From: a virus
DNA length: 64,000 bases
Strand: one strand, 5' to 3'
IMG/VR virus record: IMGVR_UViG_3300020048_000048
Location: 32,001 to 96,000 of that record
In this document: positions 56,294 to 64,000 of the stretch, one piece after another
How positions within the stretch are numbered: position 1 is the first letter of the stretch
Layout: every line of letters begins with the position of its first letter
Notes under the pieces: generated by a model
Told to the model about the DNA's origin: nothing
Databases searched by the model: none
The model's input: the letters and a program-made list of their open reading frames with translations, nothing else
Made by a program: the position numbers and the translations under genes

Positions 56294-56378
56294 CAAAAAA
56301 CAAATAGAATTACAACAGGATATTAAAGAACGCATTATTCGTTTAGAAAACCTTTATATTCAGTTAGGTTGCAATCCG

Positions 56379-56579
56379 TTATTCAAACTGGATCGTATAT
56401 TTAGTTCCAGTAAATTGTTCAATGTGTTCAATAAATTTTTCAATCTTACTTTCAGACATACGGAAGCACGTCCAAGTACATTTCCATGTTTTAAATGTAA
56501 TAAAGTTAGAAGTTATGTTAACCAAAAGAAGATTAGGATCTTCAAAAACTGGTTGTTTAAAAACTGTAAGATGTTTCAT
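56379..56579 (-). CDS. Small late protein
   Basis: AAGGAGG SD and late motif directly upstream. Confidence 0.6.
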   Translation of the reverse strand: MKHLTVFKQPVFEDPNLLLVNITSNFITFKTWKCTWTCFRMSESKIEKFIEHIEQFTGTKYTIQFE

Positions 56580-56593
56580 GTGAACCTCCTTTG

Positions 56594-56636
56594 TTATTTT
56601 AAAAAAGCTAAAGTTTTTTTAAAAAATTCCGTTAAG
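56594..56636. promoter_or_regulatory. Divergent late (-) and sigma-28-like (+) promoter pair
   Basis: TTATTTTA 56594-601; TAAAG-N15-CCGTTAAG 56609-36. Confidence 0.8.
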
Positions 56637-56660
56637 TAGTTAAACGAGAAAGGAATCATT

Positions 56661-57764
56661 ATGAGAGATTTTAAACCAATGGTTGTAAGTAGAAATAGTA
56701 AAATTTATTTCTTGGGATATATTCACAAGGATGATTTTGAAAACGCAATTCATGATTTTAGAAAAGCTTCAGACAAACAGTTTGAAATTGCAAGTAATCG
56801 TCTTCGTGCAATAAAGAGGTTTAGGAGAATATCTCCATCAGAAATGTTTAAATTTTCGTGGGTTTGTCACATAACAAGTACTAAGTGTGAGATACTTCTT
56901 CTGGAAAATGATCGTGAGATGTTCATTCAACATTTGTTGAAGAAATTCCCAAAAACAGAAAAAAGAGATTTTAATACTGTAGTTTCCAGTTTTTTTAATG
57001 TCATTGATGTAAACATGACAACTATATATAAAGAGTTTGACAAATGTTTTAAACCACTATTAGTTCGCAAGTTTAGTAAACTTTATTTTTTAGGATACAT
57101 ACACCAAAATGACCATGATTATGTTATAAAATATGTAAAACAATTTAAAAATGCTAATGGTGTTTTTTACAAAAGTGGATTACAATCTAAGGTTTTAGAA
57201 GTTCCTAAGGAGGATAAAGTACATGCTAAGTTTCTTTGCCATGTGACAAAAAAAGGACACACGATTTATTTATCTGAAAGTGATGCTGAAAGGCTTTCTA
57301 TTTTAATTAGGGTAAAATATCCAGTTGGCGCTAAAAGGGATTATGAAGAGATAATTTCACAACTCTTTCCAATTGTCGACTGTGATGTAAATGATTTTGA
57401 CGAAAGTTCTATAAAAGAATTTTTTGAGGTTAAAACTTTTGACGGGATTTGTTACAGTGCTGAAGTTACATTAAATATTTTTGAAGAAGAGATTCCTGTA
57501 AAGGAGCTTAAACCTTTAAAAGAAGATGACCTTTATTATTCCGTTTTTTGCATGAGTAAAATTGATGCCCTTGTGGAGTATGGTGAAGAAATTGTTAATA
57601 ACTCTATAATGGAGTATAAAAGGCTGTATGATTTGTTTTTAAAAACAGAAGTAACGTTGGATGTTAAACCTTCTGTTTTGCAAAAATACAAGAGCGGTGA
57701 GCTATATCCGAGACTTAACTTTTTAAAGGAGATTTTTGATGAATGTGATGTTGCACATAATTAA
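56661..57764 (+). CDS. Hypothetical protein with internally duplicated domain
   Basis: FKPMVV..SKIYFLGYIH..CHIT and FKPLLV..SKLYFLGYIH..CHVT. Confidence 0.7.
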   Translation: MRDFKPMVVSRNSKIYFLGYIHKDDFENAIHDFRKASDKQFEIASNRLRAIKRFRRISPSEMFKFSWVCHITSTKCEILLLENDREMFIQHLLKKFPKTEKRDFNTVVSSFFNVIDVNMTTIYKEFDKCFKPLLVRKFSKLYFLGYIHQNDHDYVIKYVKQFKNANGVFYKSGLQSKVLEVPKEDKVHAKFLCHVTKKGHTIYLSESDAERLSILIRVKYPVGAKRDYEEIISQLFPIVDCDVNDFDESSIKEFFEVKTFDGICYSAEVTLNIFEEEIPVKELKPLKEDDLYYSVFCMSKIDALVEYGEEIVNNSIMEYKRLYDLFLKTEVTLDVKPSVLQKYKSGELYPRLNFLKEIFDECDVAHN

Positions 57765-58545
57765 TAACCACTTATGTACAAAAGATTCTGGAGAATGGCT
57801 TTTTGACGTTGAACCTGAAGATTTGGTTGAAAAGTTATCTGAAAAATTTAAGGTTACATTAAAAAACCTTAACAAAGGGGTTCTCGTTAAGGTAGAAAAA
57901 CATCTAATGAGTCAAGATGGAGTTTTTCGTATGTTAAAAAATCAGAAACCCTTACAAAGTGACATTTTTAAAGACGTTATGGATAATTTTGAAAGTCTTT
58001 TGATGGTTGATAATATTAGGATTGGAACTCGACTTTCTGATGGTTCGATAATATTTGCTAAAATGGGTGATCATTGGATTGCATGTGCACCTGCCACAAT
58101 GAGAACTCAATCTTCATGGGGTTTGTGTGGGATTGGCACTGGTCTCCCTAATGTAACTTCAGGGAATGACCCAAATACTGGGTTTAGTAATAGTTCAGTG
58201 TTATATGAATACGGATCATTGGCAGAGGCAAATCAGTGGTGTATGGATAAAGGCGGGTATTTTTTACCCAATAAAGAAGAGCTTTTGATTTTATATCAAA
58301 ACAGGGACCTTATTGATGCAAATGATACGTCTGGAGGAACTTACACTTTAAATTACATCGCCACAAATGGAGTTGGTCCTAATGGAACCTCTCCCTATTG
58401 TTGGTCGTCTACAGAGTATGACTCTTACGACACTTGGGTTGTATACATGGGTCATGGGTACATGGGCAATGGGGTCTCCTACACCAACGGTAAGAGTGAC
58501 CCGCACCTCTGGGTCTGCCCTTGTACAATGATTAAGGTGATTTAA
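57736..58545 (+). CDS. DUF1566/C-type-lectin-fold protein, probable DGR target
   Basis: LPNKEEL..LYQN, WSSTE..W.VYM..G..K; 3' end rich in NNC/NNT codons. Confidence 0.75.
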   Translation: MMNVMLHIINNHLCTKDSGEWLFDVEPEDLVEKLSEKFKVTLKNLNKGVLVKVEKHLMSQDGVFRMLKNQKPLQSDIFKDVMDNFESLLMVDNIRIGTRLSDGSIIFAKMGDHWIACAPATMRTQSSWGLCGIGTGLPNVTSGNDPNTGFSNSSVLYEYGSLAEANQWCMDKGGYFLPNKEELLILYQNRDLIDANDTSGGTYTLNYIATNGVGPNGTSPYCWSSTEYDSYDTWVVYMGHGYMGNGVSYTNGKSDPHLWVCPCTMIKVI

Positions 58546-58829
58546 TGAAAGATTATCGATGTTCTGTTTGCGGTAAAGTTTTTAAAGATCTTTTTCCAGA
58601 AGAGCTTAAAGAATGTTGTGGAAAAATCCCAAATCCTTTAAGATGTAAAGTAAAAGTATCCCACAAAACGTCAACGATTTATGCAAATGAAGGGTGTTTT
58701 GACTCATGGTCATCAACTCATGAACTTGTTAATGAGATGAGCGGTGTGTGGAACAAGGAGCAGGAAGAAGATATGGTACAAAAAATCTTTGATGATTCTG
58801 CTTTGGGAGATAAGGTCGATGGAACATGA
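58545..58829 (+). CDS. Zn-ribbon (FmdB-like) protein
   Basis: YRCSVCG..F...CCG. Confidence 0.55.
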   Translation: MKDYRCSVCGKVFKDLFPEELKECCGKIPNPLRCKVKVSHKTSTIYANEGCFDSWSSTHELVNEMSGVWNKEQEEDMVQKIFDDSALGDKVDGT

Positions 58830-59025
58830 ATTTGAAAGGTGTTATTTTTGTAACGATGTTTTGGAAACCAAAGAAGGTATTGTTCGTGGACATTTAGATA
58901 TTGATGGTTTAAAAGTTTGTTCTGATTGTCTGGTGCAAATGCTTTTGAATCAACAATTTTCTTTCAAAGATGTTGTTTTATATAATAAGGCAAAGAAAGA
59001 AAAGCCAAAATTACACTTAGTTTAA
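58819..59025 (+). CDS. C4 zinc finger protein resembling ClpX N-domain
   Basis: CYFC..IVRG..VCSDC; ends KPKLHLV; start revised to 58819. Confidence 0.5.
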   Translation: MEHEFERCYFCNDVLETKEGIVRGHLDIDGLKVCSDCLVQMLLNQQFSFKDVVLYNKAKKEKPKLHLV

Positions 59026-60843
59026 TTTCCAAGCTTTTTGCCCATGAAAACGCTTATCCACTAAATCATTCTCATCTAAATTTGTTTCTGTAGCTTTCAT
59101 TTTTTTTGGTAAGTCTTCATAAATAATTTTAGCTTTAGGTCCATCTGTTCCTCCTTTTCTTTCAACAACTTCTGGTGATGCCATTTTTATATCGTAATGA
59201 CCTAAACCTTTTTGATGAACATGTGATAAAAACATATGTAAGAGTTTTTTAGGGTGATTTCCTTTACTAATTACAGACCTTAATCCCTCGTGACCATCCT
59301 TTCCCCAATCATGTTGGATCTCTTCAATGAATATTTTTTTCTTATTATGGTCAACATGGTAACGAACCCAACCTAGACCATCCTTTGTTTGCGGGTGTAA
59401 GTTTTTATCGTAAGAATTTATATGTTCATGACCTAATGCATTTTGCTCTTCTTCGTTCATAATTGGCGAAAAAACCATGTTTGGGATTTTTTCATTTACA
59501 CGTTGAAGCGCAAGGTTATAATTGGTTGAAAGGTATTTTCTTTTAGGGAATTTACTATTTAAGTGATTTATTAGGTCAGCTTCATGTAAAACTTTACCTT
59601 TGACTGGATAATTGTCTTTGTAAATTTCTTGAGCATCTTTTGCATTTATTTTTCCACCAAGTTCTTTTGTTTTATTAAGAAGTTTTTGAGCCTCATAAGG
59701 AATATCGTGAAATTCTCCTAAATTGGCATCTTTATCTTTAAATTTAAAAGGCAGATTGTCTATTTTGTGATTACCTGATTGGTCATTATCTCCATCTGTT
59801 TCGTTTTTAAGGTGTTCTGAACGAATGTTACATAAATCTAAAAAGGGATTTTTTTTATACTGTTCAGTTGACATTACATGCCCTGTAAGTTGAGGGTAGT
59901 TTTGTGTGAATTTTTCAAGTCTATTTAGTGGCATTTCTTGAAGTTTGTTAACCATATTTGTGTCAAAATTAGGGTCAATTGCTTGATCAATCGTATACTG
60001 AGCTTTTTCCCAAAAACTTAATTTTTGATACATTTCGTCAAAGTCTGGTTGAGACATTGTATTTTTTAAGTGTTTAATAGCGTCAGTTAGTTTTTCATTT
60101 GGGGTTTCAAAAATTTTAGAATTGCCTTGAATGTTTAAAAAATCATGTGGGAAATTTTTTAATATAAAAGCATGTAGGTCATTTTCACTGTTAATTTTTT
60201 CTTTCATATCGTTATTTTTGTTCAATAAGTTTTTTGCTCTATTAAACTTCTCTAAATGATTCTTATGTAAATCAAGATTTTCAGTATATTCTTTAATGGT
60301 ATTTTCAATATTAGAACTTTCTCTTGGAAAAGTTGCTCCAGATATTCTTTCTAAATGGTTAATATCGTCATTGTGAAATTTATGAACGTCAATTTCTCTA
60401 TTTTTTAATTTGTCGATAAAATCACTTAACTGGTAAGGTTGAAAATGGTGTTCTAAATTTTCCCAAACTTCAGGATGAACTTTATCACCATTTTGAACAT
60501 TCTTATTTAACTGGTTAATACTTTCTTCATCGTAGGGGTCTTTAATGGCTTTTATTAAGCTTTGATTAATATCTGATGGATCACCAATGTCTGTGTTATA
60601 AAATTTATGAATCAAGGTGTTTTTAAATGGTTCTAAGTTAGAACTAAGAGAAATGTTTTGCAACAGTTCTCCAAATGGTGAGTTTGGTTCCATCCTGTCT
60701 AAATGGTCTTGTGAAACTTCTCCATTTTTAATTGAACTAAAAAGGTTTGTCTGAACAAAATTACTTAAATTTTGATATTCTTTTTCATTTTTCACGTTTC
60801 CGATATTATTGTTATAATGGTCAATTAGTTCGTGTAAGTTCAT
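59017..60843 (-). CDS. Late protein with polyvalent-protein-like C-terminal domain (possible ejected head protein)
   Basis: His/Asn-rich; HP..LGWVRY..IFIEEIQHDW; late motif upstream. Confidence 0.55.
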   Translation of the reverse strand: MNLHELIDHYNNNIGNVKNEKEYQNLSNFVQTNLFSSIKNGEVSQDHLDRMEPNSPFGELLQNISLSSNLEPFKNTLIHKFYNTDIGDPSDINQSLIKAIKDPYDEESINQLNKNVQNGDKVHPEVWENLEHHFQPYQLSDFIDKLKNREIDVHKFHNDDINHLERISGATFPRESSNIENTIKEYTENLDLHKNHLEKFNRAKNLLNKNNDMKEKINSENDLHAFILKNFPHDFLNIQGNSKIFETPNEKLTDAIKHLKNTMSQPDFDEMYQKLSFWEKAQYTIDQAIDPNFDTNMVNKLQEMPLNRLEKFTQNYPQLTGHVMSTEQYKKNPFLDLCNIRSEHLKNETDGDNDQSGNHKIDNLPFKFKDKDANLGEFHDIPYEAQKLLNKTKELGGKINAKDAQEIYKDNYPVKGKVLHEADLINHLNSKFPKRKYLSTNYNLALQRVNEKIPNMVFSPIMNEEEQNALGHEHINSYDKNLHPQTKDGLGWVRYHVDHNKKKIFIEEIQHDWGKDGHEGLRSVISKGNHPKKLLHMFLSHVHQKGLGHYDIKMASPEVVERKGGTDGPKAKIIYEDLPKKMKATETNLDENDLVDKRFHGQKAWKLN

Positions 60844-60866
60844 TTTACTAACTCCTTAAGTTTTCT

Positions 60867-60884
60867 TTATTTTACTTAAAATAT
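60867..60884. promoter_or_regulatory. Divergent pair of late motifs
   Basis: TTATTTTA 60867-74 (-) and TAAAATAT 60877-84 (+, before tube gene). Confidence 0.6.
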
Positions 60885-60906
60885 TTAAAATTTAAGAGGT
60901 GTTAAA

Positions 60907-61497
60907 ATGGGTGAACATACAGCTTGGTTTAAAAGTGGAACTGCAAAAAGGTTCCAAAAACTCAAAACAGAATTTGAACAAATAAAAGAATCTTGGGATA
61001 ATCCTGAACAAGCTTTAAAAATGCCAGCAGTTGGAACTGGAGCTAGAACTATCATTGTTATTGGTGGAACTTTGCTTGCGTGGGCAAAAAGTATTCAGTG
61101 GCAAGTAATAGCTCCTCATCAAGAAATTCAAACCATTGACAATGCCTTTCCTTTAGATTTTTCATTAGGTCAAGTAAGGGTTCAAGCAACTCTTAGTCAA
61201 ATTATGTTTCCTGAGAACTCTCCAGAAGAGTGTGGTCTTTTTTCAAATATGCAGACACTTTTGCATCAAGCGATGGTTGAAATTGCGGTTCAAGATGTAA
61301 GAGGTCAGCAGTTGTTTTTAAGTAGAGGTGTTTTTACACAAACAAGTGGAATGATTGACATGGGTTCTCCTGCAATTCGTCAAGCTCATTTTCAAGGCGT
61401 TCTGTATGCTCATAACGTTTCTCAACAATTCAACGTTAATACAACATCTTCAGGAATTGGAGAAACACTTTATAAAGACTCAGGAGGTTTGGCGTGA
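60907..61497 (+). CDS. Tail tube-like protein
   Basis: TGARTIIVIGG..AWAKSI.W..EIQTID..P resembles large-myovirus tube proteins. Confidence 0.65.
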   Translation: MGEHTAWFKSGTAKRFQKLKTEFEQIKESWDNPEQALKMPAVGTGARTIIVIGGTLLAWAKSIQWQVIAPHQEIQTIDNAFPLDFSLGQVRVQATLSQIMFPENSPEECGLFSNMQTLLHQAMVEIAVQDVRGQQLFLSRGVFTQTSGMIDMGSPAIRQAHFQGVLYAHNVSQQFNVNTTSSGIGETLYKDSGGLA

Positions 61498-61730
61498 TTT
61501 TTGGAACACTGGACTTTGAAGCATTGAAAATACAACTTTCAAAAGGCAACTTTTTGCATGACAAAGAAACCTTGGAAGTAAGTGTGGGCGGAAAATTAGT
61601 TTTTTTAAAAGATAACGTTTTGACGGTTTTGAAAGATGGAATGGTTGTTGAGAATATCGTTTTAAAGAAAGACCAGCTGAAAGAAATAAACAATATCACC
61701 TGTATGTTAGGAATTTGCTTACTTTTTTAA
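61494..61730 (+). CDS. Hypothetical protein
   Basis: GTGA overlap; AGGAGG SD. Confidence 0.55.
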   Translation: MIFGTLDFEALKIQLSKGNFLHDKETLEVSVGGKLVFLKDNVLTVLKDGMVVENIVLKKDQLKEINNITCMLGICLLF

Positions 61731-61737
61731 AAAATTC

Positions 61738-61765
61738 TAAAGTTTTTTTAAAAACTTCCGTTAAT
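61738..61765 (+). promoter_or_regulatory. Sigma-28-like promoter
   Basis: TAAAG-N15-CCGTTAAT. Confidence 0.75.
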
Positions 61766-61795
61766 AGATAATAGAGATCAACAACGGAGGTTTTT

Positions 61796-61996
61796 ATGGA
61801 GTATCTAAAAAACAAATGCGATAAATGGTTGGAAAAGAAACTTCAAGAAGTCAATGAAAAATTGACTTTCTGTATAGACTGCGAAAAGAGACAAAGACTC
61901 TTAAACTTAAAAGAATGTATCGAGGAGGATATTAAGAGCCTCAAAAACAACGTTGATAAGTTTAAACTTTGTGATAAAAATATCACTAAAGTTTGA
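61796..61996 (+). CDS. Hypothetical protein
   Basis: GGAGG SD. Confidence 0.6.
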   Translation: MEYLKNKCDKWLEKKLQEVNEKLTFCIDCEKRQRLLNLKECIEEDIKSLKNNVDKFKLCDKNITKV

Positions 61997-62017
61997 TAAA
62001 AAACAAAGGAGAATTTT

Positions 62018-62224
62018 ATGAACTTGAATCATTTAGTAAGACTGCAAATTGTCAATTTAAATAACAGCCCAGTGGTCGTTATTGGGAATGTAAGTGTTAT
62101 AGGCGGTAATATGGACGAACTTGAGGCGAATGTTCGCAATGAAGGCTTCTACCTGTTTGATAGAGTTGGAAATGCTCTGTATTTGATTAAAGAAGAATTT
62201 AAACACCTTTACATGGAGAATTAA
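62018..62224 (+). CDS. Hypothetical protein
   Basis: AAGGAG SD. Confidence 0.6.
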   Translation: MNLNHLVRLQIVNLNNSPVVVIGNVSVIGGNMDELEANVRNEGFYLFDRVGNALYLIKEEFKHLYMEN

Positions 62225-62335
62225 TATGTATGTAGAGTTTTATTTCATTAACGATTTAGTGAAAATAGTAAGTTTTTGTAAAAAAACGGGAATTGAAATT
62301 TTTAGCTTCAAACCCATTGGGGGGAGTTTTGTTAA

Positions 62336-62776
62336 ATGGAAATAAGTCAAAGGTGGGTCGATTATTTTTTTAGAATAGTTGATGTTGTAAAAGTTAATTC
62401 AAGAGATGTTGAAACGAAAGTCGGGTGTGTTATTGTGGATCAGGACAAAAGAATTATATCAACTGGGTATAATTCTTTCCCTGCTGGCTGTAATGACGAT
62501 TTACTTCCAAGCACTCGCCCTGAAAAATACGATTTCATGGTACATGCTGAAGTAAATGCAGTGATGTACGCAAGAACGTCTTTAAAAGGGTGTTCAGTGT
62601 TTCAAAACATCTCTCCATGTATTAACTGTACAAAAATGTTAATAACTGCTGGGGTTGCTAATGTTTTTTTTAAAACAAAGTATTCTGATTTCGATTCGAC
62701 TTTAAAAGTTTGGGATGCTTGTGGCTATTTAATTATTATACATGAAGATTGTTATTTAATGAAAAAGGGGGATTAA
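62336..62776 (+). CDS. dCMP deaminase
   Basis: KVGCVIV, TGYN, HAE, SPCINC. Confidence 0.9.
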   Translation: MEISQRWVDYFFRIVDVVKVNSRDVETKVGCVIVDQDKRIISTGYNSFPAGCNDDLLPSTRPEKYDFMVHAEVNAVMYARTSLKGCSVFQNISPCINCTKMLITAGVANVFFKTKYSDFDSTLKVWDACGYLIIIHEDCYLMKKGD

Positions 62777-63048
62777 TGGACCACCGTAAAGCTTTTTTAA
62801 AACTAAGATCGCATCAGTTTGACAATATAGTTGAGAAGTTATATAATAACTCAGTTGTTGAAAAGGATGACTTTTCACTTTGGACTTTGGGATCATTAAA
62901 TAAAGAGTTAAAAAAGTATGGGCATAAGTTAGAAAAGTTTGGGAGTCTGTATTGTTTTAAAAAACGTTTTAGCAAAGACGTTGTTGCGATGTTTGTACTA
63001 ATGATATTGGCTATTATTGGATATTTAGCCGTAATTTTTTCTTTATAG
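62776..63048 (+). CDS. Small protein with C-terminal TM helix
   Basis: TAATG coupling; hydrophobic tail. Confidence 0.55.
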   Translation: MDHRKAFLKLRSHQFDNIVEKLYNNSVVEKDDFSLWTLGSLNKELKKYGHKLEKFGSLYCFKKRFSKDVVAMFVLMILAIIGYLAVIFSL

Positions 63049-63056
63049 GAGATTTT

Positions 63057-63314
63057 ATGTTGAATTGGATTTTAGGGTTGTTTAAAAAGTCTCAAAAAGT
63101 TCACCACACTCACCAATCGCATAAGTGGGAGGTGTTACATTATAATGAAATATCTCCAAGTTTCAATTGGGATTCCAGCATATCTCCATTTTTTCCTTTT
63201 AAAAAAGAGTCTGTTCAAGAGACTGCTTATTTTTTAGCACTTGAAGATGATTGCAAAGAACCACCTGAACATTATTGGTTTTTAGCGGAGGAAATTTATG
63301 ATAGAAATTGTTAA
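63057..63314 (+). CDS. Hypothetical protein with DUF2934-like C-terminus
   Basis: ETAYFLAL......EHYWFLAE. Confidence 0.5.
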   Translation: MLNWILGLFKKSQKVHHTHQSHKWEVLHYNEISPSFNWDSSISPFFPFKKESVQETAYFLALEDDCKEPPEHYWFLAEEIYDRNC

Positions 63315-64000
63315 TGTTGCGTCTACGGCAGATATCCCTAATAGTGATAACCTTTTATTGACCCATGTAAAAGGCATTCCCTGCGTTGTTTCTAAGAAAG
63401 ATGGGTGTGGAGATTACGTTTATTTTCCGTTAGACTGCGTGCTTTCTGAAAAACTATACAAATTCATATTCCAAAAAGACGACTACACGGAAAAGAAAGC
63501 TTGTGTTAAAGCGAAAAAGCTAAGGGGAGTTTTTTCAGAAGGGCTATTAATTCCAGTACACAAAGTCGAGGAATGTTGTTCAGATATGAACATAAAAGAC
63601 CTTGATAAGAGTTTGGGATGTAAAAAATACCAACCTCCAGAAGATTTGGAAGAAATGCAAAAACCTCAAGGGAAGAAAAAGCCTTGGTGGAAAAAAATCT
63701 TAAGATGGTTTGTTAAGGAAGAATATTTTCCAGAATACACTGATACTAAACGTATTGAAAAAGTGGAAATCCCAGAAAAGGAGTTTGTAGTTACAATTAA
63801 GCTTCATGGAACTTCTGTAAGGTATATGCTTCAAAAGAAAACAATTTTTAATTTCTGGAAAAGGATTTTTAAAGTTGGCTCAAGGAGGGTTTGTAATCCT
63901 AAACAACATTTGTATTTTACTTTTTCAAAACAAGTTGAAAGTTTTTGTTTAAATATTGAAAAGAAATTAGAATGCAATGGAGTTATGGTTTTTGGAGAAA
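63298..64000 (+). CDS. RNA ligase (DRB0094/Rnl2-like), runs off window end
   Basis: Not in ORF track. IPNSDNL, YFPLDC, KLRGVFSEGLLIP, FPEYTDT, VTIKLHGTS (motif I Lys). Confidence 0.82.
   Translation, partial: MIEIVNVASTADIPNSDNLLLTHVKGIPCVVSKKDGCGDYVYFPLDCVLSEKLYKFIFQKDDYTEKKACVKAKKLRGVFSEGLLIPVHKVEECCSDMNIKDLDKSLGCKKYQPPEDLEEMQKPQGKKKPWWKKILRWFVKEEYFPEYTDTKRIEKVEIPEKEFVVTIKLHGTSVRYMLQKKTIFNFWKRIFKVGSRRVCNPKQHLYFTFSKQVESFCLNIEKKLECNGVMVFGE

Noticed and set aside
1735-61699. Many short ORFs antisense to or nested in long genes (e.g. 6233, 20768, 29703, 49129)
   Set aside because: Shadow frames without SD, promoter motif or recognisable domains
5880-61765. Dispersed CCGTTAAG repeats as CRISPR, att or IS ends
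   Set aside because: Irregular spacing, variable middle and consistent position before an SD fit promoters; no integrase or transposase in the window
1-64000. Stop-codon reassignment
   Set aside because: Conserved genes are full length in the standard code with dense packing

Overview
AT-rich segment of a large myovirus-type dsDNA phage. Virion genes (tail sheath, Herelleviridae-like capsid and portal, prohead protease, gpF-like head protein, terminase, baseplate, fibres, tube) are scattered in short blocks among replication, recombination and nucleotide genes (DnaE, DnaB-like, RecA/UvsX, UvsY-like, SSB, Mre11/Rad50, UvsW-like, RuvC-like, RNase H, NrdD/G, dNMP kinase, dCMP deaminase, RNA ligase). 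Two regulatory motifs recur. The first occurs 22 times as TAAAG-N15/16-CCGTTAAG, which has the geometry of a flagellar sigma-28 (FliA/SigD) promoter; 21 copies point away from an ~850 bp non-coding origin candidate (13525-14371). The second, TAAAATA(A/T), occurs about 14 times before virion gene blocks and is often back-to-back with the first. Other notable items are a C-type-lectin gene whose 3' end looks like a DGR variable region, an intact REC-histidine kinase hybrid, an NrdD intein with class-3-like features (probable Pro1), and two ClpP-like genes plus ClpX-related motifs. All calls come from motif recognition by eye; no searches were run.
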